Below, piece by piece: positions 27,701 through 39,400 of a stretch of DNA of 64,000 nt. A model generated the notes under the pieces. That model saw only the letters and a list, made by a program, of their open reading frames with translations, made no database searches and was not told the origin of the DNA. Position 1 is the first letter of the stretch. Every line of letters begins with the position of its first letter. The stretch covers positions 71,114,001 to 71,178,000 of the forward strand of contig NC_092346.1 in NCBI RefSeq assembly GCF_963676685.1, written 5' to 3'. This DNA comes from Mytilus edulis (Eukaryota). A program made the position numbers and the translations under genes.

Positions 27701-30700
27701 GAAATTTAAAACCATTAACCATAAGGACATTTGCATTTAGGCTTTTACTTATTATTACTGTGACATTTCTTTACAGAAATTGTGATTTCACTAAATGGAA
27801 AACATTATTATATATGTATTTCATAAAATTTATGAAATATTATTTAACATCAATGGCCCTTATCACTGAAAAAATATATTGCAAGTTATACATCATGCAG
27901 AATAACTTGTGATATGTTCTAGTACATATTGTAATATAGTATTTTTTAACAGAGCTTCAGTATCTAGTTAATTGCAACCCATGAAGTTTTCTTCACAAGC
28001 TGCAAGTTTTGGTTCAATATGAAAATACACTTCTTTTTCAACACCAAATAAACCTAAATGTAACTGGTGCAATTTCATCTAAGGTGGATTAATTGTGTAT
28101 TTGTGATACCTTGAATTTCATATTTACTTAAATTGTCAAGTCTTTAAACTACAGATACAAATTCACTTAAATTGTCAAGTCCTTAAATTAAAGATACAAA
28201 CTAACTTAAATTGTCACATCTTTATACTACAGATACTTAAAGTGCATATTGAAAAGGATTTTTAATTGACTGTTACAGATGTATTTGGTTTGTTCATTTC
28301 GTAAGAAACAGAGTTTGTTTCAATATTTAAAATAATAAGGATGAAGTACAGAACAAAAGCCAGAAAAACAATGTTGATATTTGTATTTACTGACAGCATA
28401 AGTAATATAAAGATAATACCTCTGTGATATTTGTATTTACTGACAGCATAAGTAATAAGATAATACCTCTGTGACAAAATTTACTGACAGCATAAGTAAT
28501 AAGATAATACCTCTGTGACAAAGTTTGTTGACAAGGTTTTGTACTCCTCTGTAGAAGGATCTAGAAGATCATCTGTCCATTTATTCTTCAGTTTGATTTT
28601 ACCTTCTAGTGTAACAGTACCTACAATGAAATCAAATATACAGTTACAATATAAAAAAATGCATTAAGGATGTTCACTACTCTTTTTAAAAATAACAAGC
28701 TTTTTAAAAGACCGTTATAAATTGAAAGTATATAAATAAAGAAACTAAAAAAGCAGAAAAAAATGGAGGGGGATTGTGCTTGTTTTCGAGATATAAGCCG
28801 TTGAAAATTTGGCGGGAAATAATTCTCTATAGATTTTTCTTTCACTTAACATTGGCACCTATTTTGTTTAAAAAACTATGAAAAAACAACAAAGATTTCC
28901 TAAGATTTTGAAATATGGCTTTTTAAATAATATGTAATAAAAATATGAAAAGAAAAGTAGGGGTTAGTGTGCAAAATTTTTTAATGTTTATTTGTTAATA
29001 CATGGATAACACCAGAGGATTACGAAAATCTGGCAAAAATTCAAAAAGTAGAGGAGCGAACATTCTTAATTCATAAATCACTTGTAAGATCTAAATACAA
29101 ATTCTGTTGTAGGCAGAAATCTTACAAGTGAACATATTAATCTAAGTGAAAAATATAAATACAAGTAAAAGTGATTCAATTTTTTCCTATTTTACTTAAA
29201 CCTTTATTTGATCATATAAGGCATGGAGCATGTTTTCTGAAGTGATTTTTATTGTAAATTAGTCTATTTACATCTAGCAATTAGCCAAAAACATAAAGTG
29301 ATAATTTAACTTGTAGCTAGTCCTAGATTGCTCTAATTAATATAATGACTGATAGATTTTTTAAGGACTTGTTTGAGTAGTAAAGAAAAAATTTCATATA
29401 GAAAACATGAAAATTACTGACTTAAGGGTTTCTGTTTTGAAATAGGAATAGATCCAGTTTCAAGTATCTAAATTATACATTACTGGCTTTTTTTCTTCAT
29501 TTTACTCCATGCATATGTCTCTTTTATTCATAAACTAAGTTATTTACCGCCTGAAGCACAACCAAAGCTTTATTATCATTAACCTACCTTTTTCAGCAAA
29601 ATAATTTCACTTTGAACAAGATATTGTGTTCTCACATAATTTCAAATCATGCTTCATGTGAGCCAATTAATGCAAATTGGTTGACATGTGCTATATTTAC
29701 ACATGGTAGATTGGATAAAGAGCAAAATCTTGTAAATATATGCAGGTCAGCCGGAAAAATGTATAAATGATTAACTCTCAATATTCTATGCACACATAAA
29801 AAGTCATAATGAAACAAAACAGTTAGAGGACAACTTTTTTAAACAGAAACTGGAAACAGCAAAAATAGATGGTTGAAGGGAATAACATTTTCATTTGTGC
29901 TACAGGCAGTTTTCTTAGCCAAAATTAATTAATGTTCTTACCTTTACGGTCTGTAAACATAGAACTTGCTTTTTTGGGGGACAAACTGTTTCTGTTGGAT
30001 ACTGAACCACTTGCACTTTCATCTAAAATGTATCTACATGTGCAGTCATAGTAGCATGCTAGAACAAACTGATTTGATAAGTAAACTAGAGGCTCTCAAG
30101 AGCCTGTGTCGCTCACCTTGGTCTATATGCATATTAACAATGGACACAGATAAATTCATGACAAAATGGTTTTTTGGTGATGTATCTTGACCTGATAAAC
30201 AATTTAACCCCATGTCAGATTTGCTCTAAATGCTTTGGTTTCAGAGATATAAGCCAAAATCTACATTTCACCCCTATGTTCTATTTTTAGCCATGGTGGC
30301 CATCTTGGTTGGTTGGCCGGGTCACGCCACACATTTTTTAAACTAGATACCCCAATAATGATTGTGGCCAAGTTTGGTTTAATTTGGCCCAGTAGTTTCA
30401 GAGGAGAAGATTTTTGTAAAAGCTAACGAAAACGACGCAGGACGACGGACGCAGGACGCAAAGTGATGAGAAAAGCTCACTTGGCCATTTCAGTCATGTT
30501 GACTACATCATACTCTACTAATTGCTCTAAATTTTTGAATTATGACTTAAGTTTTGCATGTGTGCTGTATATTTATTTGTGGTTAATTTTAGTTGTTGAA
30601 ATTTTAGTTGTGATTCAGTTCTGGCATGTTTAGATGTATAGTTTAGCAATGATTTGCATGTATTCAATACGCCAATGCTGTCTCTATGCATTTGAAATAG

Positions 30701-33700
30701 TTTGCTGCTTATATATCTTATGTGCATGTAGTGTGTTTTAATGTTACGTATATGTTATTTTTTATTTGATAAAAATCTCTCAAGAGCTTATGTTTGAATA
30801 TGTGAACCGTATCAAAATAAAGATTTCATATTTGTATTTGTAAACAATTTATTTAAATGAAATATTCATATACATTTATTTGTTATCAATTTTATTTCAT
30901 GAATATATGTTCATTGTCAGAAATCCTTTGACAAAATAAAATCATTATCAGTAAATAAATAAGATAAACCTTAAATACCTTTGATGGAGTTGTCTCCTTT
31001 TTCAGTTACAATAGGACTATCTCCAGTTTTTCTCCCTAAAAAGTAAATTAACAAAATTTATTGCAATTTCAGAGACACATGAATTTAATCATGATTATCG
31101 TAATTTTAGTTTGCTGTAAAAGTCAATAAAATTTTCACACAGATAAATTGTGGTGGCCATACTTGACCAATGATATAAGAATGATTCTCCTGTATTACTA
31201 CTTTCATTATTATCTTTCAATTCAATAACCATATTCCTTAAAAACAATGTTCTTCGTAGAGCAAATTTTGATGTATTCCATTTATCTTTTTCAATTTAGC
31301 AAGACAATTTAATTAACGTGGTTTATTTCATGTGTAAATTGTGTGTTGTCAACACAAACATAAAATTTGTAGGATGTGGAGCAAGAGCTCAATTATGGTC
31401 TAGGGAGAGATGCAGTGCATTTATATATCCATGATTTTGAGTTCTTGGGACTTTAATCATACATGTATGATACATGTAGTGCTCATGTTGTGGGAAGACT
31501 ATAGTCACTCTATTCTCAGCAATTTTCCAACATAAACATGATTAAGAAAAGATGAATATTAGATTTCTTCTGTGGTTCTTCCAATTTTGAAGATACAGTT
31601 TTTTTCTGACAGTTCTAAATGTTTCCAATATCTTTAGCTTCAAGCAATATTTGATAAAAAAAAATCTTACCAACACATTTTACAGAGATATCCTTCTAGA
31701 AACTTCTTTATAATTCAGAATATTGCTAGAATTGCTCTAAACAAACACACATTGTAATATTTTCCCCCACAATAAAAATAAATAAAATGCTTTGCTGACT
31801 GCATCCTGATATGATCACAGAGGTTAAATCCTGAACAGTTGGGGCAAATTTTGACACAATATTCAAGCTTGATATTGTCTGAATTTGGATTGTAATCAAA
31901 TTTTTGACATTATATAGGTTTCTGGCACAAAATAAATATGGTCAAAGATCTTAAAAATCTATTGCGCAATACTTTGCACTTGAAGATTTCTTCTTGAAAC
32001 TTTACAAAAAATTTTGAAAAAAAATAATACATGTATTCTCCTTAAAAAAATGAAAAAAAATCCCCCCTAAACTTTTTGAGCACTCCTCTTAGCAATTACT
32101 CCAAAACTCAATTCACGCCTTCCCTTTGTAGAATGGAACCTTGTAGTACAATTTTAGAGGAACCATAAAATTAAACACAAGTTATTGTCCAGAAACAACA
32201 AAAATGCTTGTTTTTTGCCCCTGATTCCTGCATGTAAGGGGCAATTACCCCAAAACTCAACCACAGCCTTTCCTTTGTGATATGAAACCTTGTGGTACAA
32301 TGTCAGAGAGATCCATACACTTACACACAAGTTATTGTCCAGAAACAACAAAAATGCTTGTTTTGGCATTTATTCCTAACCTGTTGATACCATAAACCCA
32401 AAATCAATCCATATCTTCCTCTGTGGTATTGAATCTTCTTGTGAAATTTCATAGAGATCCATTCACTTAAACTGAAGTTATTGTTTGGAAACCAAATGTG
32501 TCTTTGGATGATGACAACACAGACACATACAATGACGACATAGTAGCAATATGCAAACCCAAAAACATTTTTGCGGTCATATTAAAATTATTTGCCGCTA
32601 ATTTATGTTGGATTTGGGATCCTGTCTTTATAATGCTGGAAAAAAATCACCTATAAACACAGAATTATTCATCTTAAGAATATTCATTTAATACATACAA
32701 GATAAATTTGGCATAAATTTTCCAAGGAAACTTTTATAAGAAGATCTGCTTGGTGATTGGTTAATAGAGGTTTCATCATCCTGTAAACTGGTATTCTCTT
32801 CAGTAATGTCATTCTCTCCATCATCTGGAAGAAGAACAAGTATATTCAATGTACAAACAAAATTTTGTTTAATATGTGCAAATCATTATGAACATTACAG
32901 TGCTCAGTATGAGAGGGGATAGGCCCTTTATCTGGACTCTGGGATCTTTTTTTTAATTCGGGAAGTAAGGATTTAAATTTATTTAAATTTAGGACCTCAG
33001 GATTTCGTGTTTTTAAGACCAGGATCAGAACCCTCCAACCCCCTCATAGTATGTATCTTATATAATAATTCAATATATTTTACAATGTACATGTATTTAA
33101 GAAATAATTCCATCATTCCATGTTCTATGTTAATTTTAACATTGGTAGACAATTACTAGCCATTATATTTCATCAATATCTTCATACTAAGTGTTAGAGA
33201 TGTGTGAATATTGGCAATCATTTCAATTCTAATAGTAAACTTTGAATTTTGTTTGTTTGATCATGTAAGATGTACAATTTGTAAATGTGATTAACTTAAT
33301 ACATGAAGTACTTATAAAACTATTATTTTCTACAATATTTTTGATTGTGTAGCCTTGTTAGTGGTTGTCATTGTCCACCTAGAAATTTGATGTTAAAGTT
33401 GAGTTTTTATACACAATGTATATGAATAGATTCCTCTATTAACTTTTCTCAATTGTCAATGTAATAATGATTAATATTCATTTGTAGTCTGCCATATGGA
33501 TTGTAACCCTTGTAAAGACTACATTAGTGACTACTGCCTCAAAGGTATAATCCAACTCTTTATTCATGGATAACCAGAGATGTATATTGGAACATAATTC
33601 TACATATGAACAAGAACGTGTCCCCAGTAAACCGAAGTCCCATTCACACTATCATTTTCTATGTTTAGAGGACAGTTGAAATGGGAGAAAATCTCTAATT

Positions 33701-34515
33701 TGGCATTAAAATTAGAAAGATCATATCATAGGGAACATGTGTACTATGTTTCAAGTTGATTGGACTTCAACTTCATCAAAAATTACCTTGACCAAAAACT
33801 TTAACCTGAAGCAGGACGGCCAGACGAACGGACGGAAGGATGAAGGGATGCACAGACCAGACAACATAATGCCCATAAATGGGGCAAAAAAGAAGCCAAC
33901 AGGTAAGTTAGGGGTCTCAGTTTCTCACTAGGGGATGAGTTCCCCCTGTTTCTGATAAGCCCATAGGATAATAACTTAAAACCAGTTCCAATCTTACAGT
34001 CTAATCTGTGTGCTCCTCTCATTCCAAACACATACAGTATATTTATTTAAAGTGATTCTACAAATTTAACTTCAGTGCAATTGTTGAAAAATACATTCAA
34101 TTTTAAAAATTTCAACTAACAATACAAACAATGGGAATGTAGAAGTAATGGTGTTTTGCATAAATTATATACATGTATACATTGCAATTTATTTTTAACC
34201 TCATTTAATTAAAGTTTCACTTCTTTTTTTTTTACATGTTCTCCATCCTCCAAATGAATTAAATACTAACTTGTACATTACTTCAAATAATCATCTTCCA
34301 TTGAAATATTTATAACCTGGTAAACATGCTTTGAAGCTTTCTAAAGGTAAACAAATTTTGATTTCCTTGGATTTCATCATATTTTCATAAGAGATGCTAG
34401 AGAATGTTAGAGAATAATGTAAATTGTATAAACCTTCATTCCCTCCTTCATCAGATAGTCTACTTCTCTTTTCTGCTGGTTCATCTGATTCTGTTAAATT
34501 CTTTCTTTTAAACAT
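11335..34515 (-). CDS. Multi-exon gene, ~1099 aa: NLS-like N-terminus, SEA-like domain, acidic linker, FN3, septin/AIG1-like P-loop GTPase, Cys/His cluster, coiled coil. Coding exons: 34434-34515, 32699-32824, 30979-31035, 29942-29950, 28511-28620, 27603-27673, 27052-27087, 26465-26637, 23450-23518, 22864-23151, 20436-20504, 18132-18203, 16683-17192, 15024-15202, 11335-12783
   Basis: All exons AG/GT-bounded, phase-compatible and stop-free, total 3300 nt. The last three exons are very secure; linkage of the upstream small exons is inferred from phase and composition. Confidence 0.7.
13311..14258 (-). mobile_element. Helentron/pearl-like element with ~4 internal 193-bp tandem repeats
   Basis: Hairpin GGGTTCCGCGGAACCC, ACCACAGAG at 13578/13771/13964/14156, GAC/GCC microsatellite, TTCGACTAAAGTCGAA hairpin. 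Confidence 0.8.
15024..15202 (-). CDS. Exon with Walker A/G1 motif (IMVIGATGSGKTTLVDGMINY)
   Basis: Manual translation; cag acceptor, gtaag donor; phase 1 to 0 fits both neighbours. Confidence 0.92.
15481..16729. repeat. 208-bp tandem repeat (~6 units) that includes the FN3 exon 3' end and its splice donor
   Basis: CTATTCAGGG at 15611, 15819, 16027, 16235, 16443 and 16651. Confidence 0.95.
16683..17192 (-). CDS. Exon encoding a fibronectin type III domain
   Basis: SITLKWNRP...YEIKYK...W...VKDLKAEAKYEFKVRAVNEDGEEGP; phase 1-1. Confidence 0.92.
18251..18717. mobile_element. MITE-like element
   Basis: Imperfect terminal inverted repeats ATAGAACCACTAAT / ATTAGTGGTTGTAT. Confidence 0.5.
18907..19384 (+). 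mobile_element. Retrozyme, 349-bp unit (~1.4 copies) with a hammerhead at ~19171-19212
   Basis: Direct repeat 18907/19256; gtca-CTGAAGA-gac-atgtatt-gtc-GAAA-tgcgca-TC-tggtgc. Confidence 0.85.
21143..22673 (+). mobile_element. Helentron-associated (HINE/pearl-like) element with ~7.7 x 166-bp satellite core
   Basis: Subterminal IR GCTCACCTG/CAGGTGAGC, (GTC/GTCC)n microsatellite, 3' hairpin AGGCTCTTGAGAGCCT, T-rich flanks; GAGAACCAC every 166 bp from 21255 to 22416. Confidence 0.88.
24017..25151. mobile_element. PIF/Harbinger-like non-autonomous DNA transposon
   Basis: TIR GGGTCATCCATAATTGTCAACCATTTTC / GAAAATGGTTGACAATTATGGATGACCCC with TTA on both flanks. Confidence 0.8.
25163..25976 (-). 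mobile_element. HINE/pearl-like element
   Basis: Termini are the reverse complement of those of the 21143 element; GACG microsatellite. Confidence 0.85.
26081..26425. repeat. 23-26-bp minisatellite (TTTACATGGACTCATTTCAATAACTA and variants)
   Basis: About 14 units with a gradual sequence gradient. Confidence 0.9.
26465..28620 (-). CDS. Four exons encoding a SEA-like domain
   Basis: TLEGKIKLKNKWTDDLLDPSTEEYKTLSTNFVTE|INGLLQNSNVSKVYMNDVVVIKY|SNIQNNTRSTRK|SPGNIMVHSEMTF resembles the SEA pattern (W/F-x-x-D-L-x-D-x-x-S-x-x-Y ... PGSVVV); recognised by eye only. Confidence 0.65.
28370..28521. repeat. 44-47-bp tandem repeat triplicating a splice donor
   Basis: GATAATACCTCTGTGA three times (GT at 28509-10, 28465-66, 28418-19). 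Confidence 0.9.
28664..29069. mobile_element. TTAA-flanked MITE
   Basis: TTAAGGATGTTCACT ... AGCGAACATTCTTAA imperfect TIRs. Confidence 0.6.
30083..30490 (-). mobile_element. Internally deleted HINE/pearl-like element
   Basis: Same hairpin and termini as 25163-25976. Confidence 0.8.
30495..30842. repeat. Dispersed repeat, second copy at ~38590-39003
   Basis: Shared CAGTTCTGGCAT...AATACGCC..TGCTGTCTCTATGCATTTGAAATA. Confidence 0.7.
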
Positions 34516-35364
34516 CTTTAGTTATCATTCATTGTTTCTACAACTAGAAATAAAAAGATCCTCTTCTGCTCTGCAAAATCCAATTGTGAATATTTTATTT
34601 TTTAAAATCACATTTTCTTTAAATATCTATGCAATGCAAATATTCAGTTTTTACTGAATCTGATTTTATTACCAATGCACTGTAAGCATGGTACATGTAC
34701 ATAGTAAGTTCTAATAGAAAATGCATGACCAAATTTAATCTGCCAATTGATTTCCAATTTATTGTCAGACCTGTCAACAATCCCAATTTATTAGGGCTAT
34801 CCCAATTACAACAAATGTAGAGGTTTCAACCTGAATTTTGAAATATGTTAATTTTATAACTTGAACACCTCAAAACAAGCATTAACATTGTTAAAGGGGT
34901 ATTTAAGCACATACATGTACATACCGATTCAAACACTTATGACAATAACACAGTAGCATAAGTTTCTGTTTTGCTTAAAATCCTATTCTTGACCATGGGA
35001 CACTGATCACCCAAATACGATCTTGATCTGAGTTTTTTGGTCATAAGCATTGTGTATAAATTTGAAAAATTTGGTTTAGGCAACTCAAGTCTTTTAAGTA
35101 AGAGAAAGGAAACAAAAAATTCAGTGACTTTCATTTGTAGAGGGGCATATCTTTAGAATGACAACAGTGATGCCACCAGAATTCAAACTTGATCTGTGCT
35201 TTTTGAATAACAATCATAGTGTATCAGTTTCCTAAGTTCCTAACATTTGGTTGAGCCAAACTAAAGTTAGAGAACAGAAACCAATATACAATGTAGGGAT
35301 GTCATACGTACAGACTTACATGTACAACTACAAGAGTAACACTTAATGCCTCCTCCCCTTCAGG

Positions 35365-36945
35365 CAGGGATGGGGTCGATTACTTTAAAATGTAATCGAT
35401 TAAATTACAATTACTTTGCTAATAAAATGTAATCGATTACATTACAATTACACCCTTTTTCATATGTAATCGATTACATTAGATTACTTTTCTTTAAAGT
35501 AATCATGATTACTTTAGATTACTTATGATTACATTGTATATTGCAATATCAAAGTTTTTTTATAAATTTTTATCCTCACAAAAAAGCTAATTTTGGTGAT
35601 TTTTTTAAAAGCCTTAAATTACTCATCTTAATTGAAAGAATTTATAGACAAGTACAGCGTAACATGTATTATTTGATAAAATAGCTATTACAGACAAATG
35701 CATGTCCTTCCTCTATGTAAAAGATATAACTTTATTTTTTTCTACAAATTTTAACCAACTGCCTAATTAACAAAAAACCTGAACAAATAAGGAAAATTAA
35801 TTAAGTATAGTTTTATTGTCTGTTGGGACATAATTGACACATCCATTAATGTTTTTACAGGTGTTAATCACCACTTCCATTTTTTTTTAACAAACAATAG
35901 GTGAGCTTGGGTATTAAAATTTTATTGTCTTAATAACAATATCAATAAAGTTAAAAGTGGTTGATTGTCATTATTTTGTTTGAAATTTTTCAATACTTGA
36001 TCTAATTAATAATTATTGTCAGATGAAAAAACAAAACAGCTTTGTAACTTAGGAAAGTATATACATTTCTCTTTAAATTAAGAAGCAGTTTATTTTAATA
36101 AAATACATTTTGTCCTAATGAAACTTCTGACGTCACCTGTTGTTTACTATGCATATTGTTTGATATTATGCCATATGTATACACTGTACATGTACTTGTT
36201 TGTACTGATGAGCCGTAAGGCTCAAAGTTAATAAAGAATAAAAATTAGAAAGCACATATTATACACGAATTTATGGAAAACAAAATTTATTCAATTTGTC
36301 AATAAATGAAATCCGGTTTTAACTTCCATTTTGAATTAAGTGAGCTCATATATTTATGTCGACCATCGAAGTAAAATTGGAACTAAATGTTTTCTGCATT
36401 TGAATTTCAATGTAGTTATGTAAAAATATTGGTTAAATTTGTATGAAATTGGAGTTAATATCAGAAGTTTTCAATCAAGGAAAAAAATGCTTTCAAGGCA
36501 TATTCTTGTATCATAGGAGCTCAATCTTACAACAAAATATTGGAGAGGCAATTTCCTTTAGTAAACTGTTAACAAAATAAAACACTTGGTTATCCAAATT
36601 TGTTATATAGATGATACAATTTATCACATTAAACAAGGTCCCATCATTGTGAATACCAGTTTCATGATTTTTCATTCAAGCTTTACATTTTCTTATTTTC
36701 ATATTGTCTATCAAAAACTATTTTCATATATATACAAGATTTGTAATCAGCAAGTAATCATATGAATGTAATCTTAAAGTAATCTAAAAGTAATCATGAT
36801 TACACCTGTTTTTTGCAATGTAATCGATTACATTATGATTACTTGTAATCAGAAATGGCATGATTACTGATTACATAGGATTACACTGCAAAATGTAATC
36901 GATTACAGCTGATTACGATTACTGATTACGATTACCCCATGCCTG
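35365..36945. mobile_element. hAT-like non-autonomous DNA transposon with subterminal GATTAC/GTAATC arrays
   Basis: TIR CAGGGATGGGGT / ACCCCATGCCTG; 8-bp TSD CCTTCAGG/CCTTCAGC. Confidence 0.8.
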
Positions 36946-39084
36946 CCTTCAGCAGGGGCATATAAATGCTGTCTATTGTCAAAAATATCAACAGGGTTAT
37001 TACTGCCCCCCCCCCCCCCCCCCTCCTCATTACTGGCTGCTATAAAGTTCATATTTTGTAAAACATTTCTTTACATTAAGAAATTTTTAATCAGAGCTGG
37101 CAAAATAGCATACATGTAAATTGCAGAAATCACTTTCTTTCTTCCAGTCTCGTTTGTCATGAAACCTTGAGTGAAATATATGTCTATCAGTCTATCAAAA
37201 TATATATATATAGGAAGTCTATCAAAAGTCTATCAAAATATATATATATAGGAAGGAGCAAAATAACAATTTCATTTTTAATAGTTATTTGATATGAAAA
37301 ACATTACCTGATGATAGCGTTTCTTTGTTTTTATAAAAAAAAAAGATGTCATAACTTAAATGACGACACAACTAAAATCTCTAACAACAGGACCAAAATT
37401 CGAAGCGTTACAGTATTTTGGTTTATTTTTTAACAGATTTTGAAATTAAAATAGGCTTGAATTAAAAAAATAATTCTTTATGGACTTCGTCCTCTTTCAC
37501 AGGTAATGCCTGTCTCAGTTTTTACCAATTCATATGGTACCTAGTAAAAGTTTTCAGTTTATGTCTTCCATAATCGTTTATGTTTCCTCTAACTAAAGAT
37601 CTAAACTGCTGAATGATCTATCATGGAGTAAGATTTGTTTTTACATCAAAAAGGGTTTCCCTCGCGAATTGAAAGTGAAAGTGAAGGCAAGTGTAATGTC
37701 TTCGAATTAATGCAAGAGTTTGATAATTGAAAATTAATAAATTGTGATTGTAATGCTAATATATTTTTTGTATATATAAACTTGTACTAACAGCAAAAAA
37801 ACAGGGTTCTAAAAGTTGTTTGCAAAATTATTTGGTTAATTTCTGTTTACACCGGAAGTGGTTTCTAATTTTTTTGGTATCGGTGACACTAGTGTAGTAT
37901 TTTCCGGAAATTGACAGTGAATGTGCTGTCAACGTATATTTGTTCCGCCTATAAACCAACGGAAACTTTATTATAAACATTGTCATAATATCTATTTCTG
38001 TTGGAACAAATACTCTATACCATTTATTCCGTTAGGATATACTAAAATATTTATTCCTGTGGAAATAATATTCCAGAATATATTTTTTTCCTTTTGGAAC
38101 TTATACTAAAGGAACTTATATTCCGGGACAACGATCCATTTCAATCCTCTCCACAGGGAAGTGGATCGTTACCCTTGGCTAGAGAAGATGAAGCATACAT
38201 CAAAAGGTAACATTATTTGATATTCATGAGGACGATAGGTTTCAGGAAGTCTGTGGCGCTCAGCTTGCCGCGAGTTTCCCCATAAGACTGATACCGTGAA
38301 CGAATGCATATAATATTTTTGTTGCATTGAAACCGTGTTATACAAGATCGTGCATTGACTGAACCACCCGAGAACTGCAAAAATTTCTATGAAAACGTGT
38401 GATGGTTTAAGATTATATAAATGTACATAGATATATTCTGAGAGACAAGAGCATGTGTTAATTTTTGCTGAACAGAGCTTGTCTTGAAAAATTTTGAATT
38501 TTCAGCTGCTTCTCTGTGGAACACAGCCTACATGCTGACTATTTCACGGGACTGAAAATAGTTTCTCAATTTAAGAGCCTTATACAGTCCTGGAATGGAC
38601 TAACATGTTGTTTTCTGCATGTAGATAAGCTTTTTCATACTTAAGTAATTGCTCTAAATGTTGGCATTATGCCTTAAATTATGCATTTGTGTTTTATTTT
38701 TATTTGTGCTAAATTTTAATTGTGCTTAAATTTTAGTTGTGCTTCAGTTTTTATTTATTCTTCAGTTCTGGCATATTAGGTGTGTAGATTAGTAATACTT
38801 TGCATGTATTTGAATACGCCTGTGCTGTCTCTATGCATTTGAAATAATTTGTTGCTTATATATATCTTATGTGCATGTTGTATGTTCTAATGTTATATGT
38901 GTAAGTTATGTTATTATATATTCTGTAAAAAGCCCTCAAGAGCTTTATTGTATTGTTATATGTGAACCGAATCATAATTAAACTTTCGAATTTGTAAATT
39001 TGTATTCGTACACACAAGGACCGCCATGGGAAATGATCCAAATAAATTGAAAGATATGAAGTTTCGGAAAAATTCATAATAATG

Positions 39085-39400
39085 GCCGAAGCTGACATCA
39101 TCAAGGTGCTTGATTTTTTTAACAGCATATAGTAACTATGTTTGTATAACGTGCTTTTTTCAACAGAAAATCGACATTTTTAAGGGAACCAACTGCCAAA
39201 AGTGTTCGCAACTATATCGTTGAAATGAAAAAAAGTTACCACTTGTACAAATAAGTCTGCTTCATATATTGAACTTCATCTAAACATTAACAACAAAGGG
39301 TAGTCTGAGAACTGAACTTTCAGACAAAATAGTCCAATTGTGAACTTTCCATTCGCGCGTAGAAGCATTCCATCCGCTCCTGAATATTGAGTATATATAA
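39085..39400 (+). pseudogene. Highly decayed PLE RT fragment (partly duplicated at 40432-40612)
   Basis: Remnants of GTNC, SASY(L)(D)L, PIVNFPF and IPSAP(A)Y motifs. Confidence 0.55.

Noticed and set aside
31555-31740. Additional exons of the GTPase gene
   Set aside because: Candidate AG/GT pairs give stops or incompatible phases; not needed for the model
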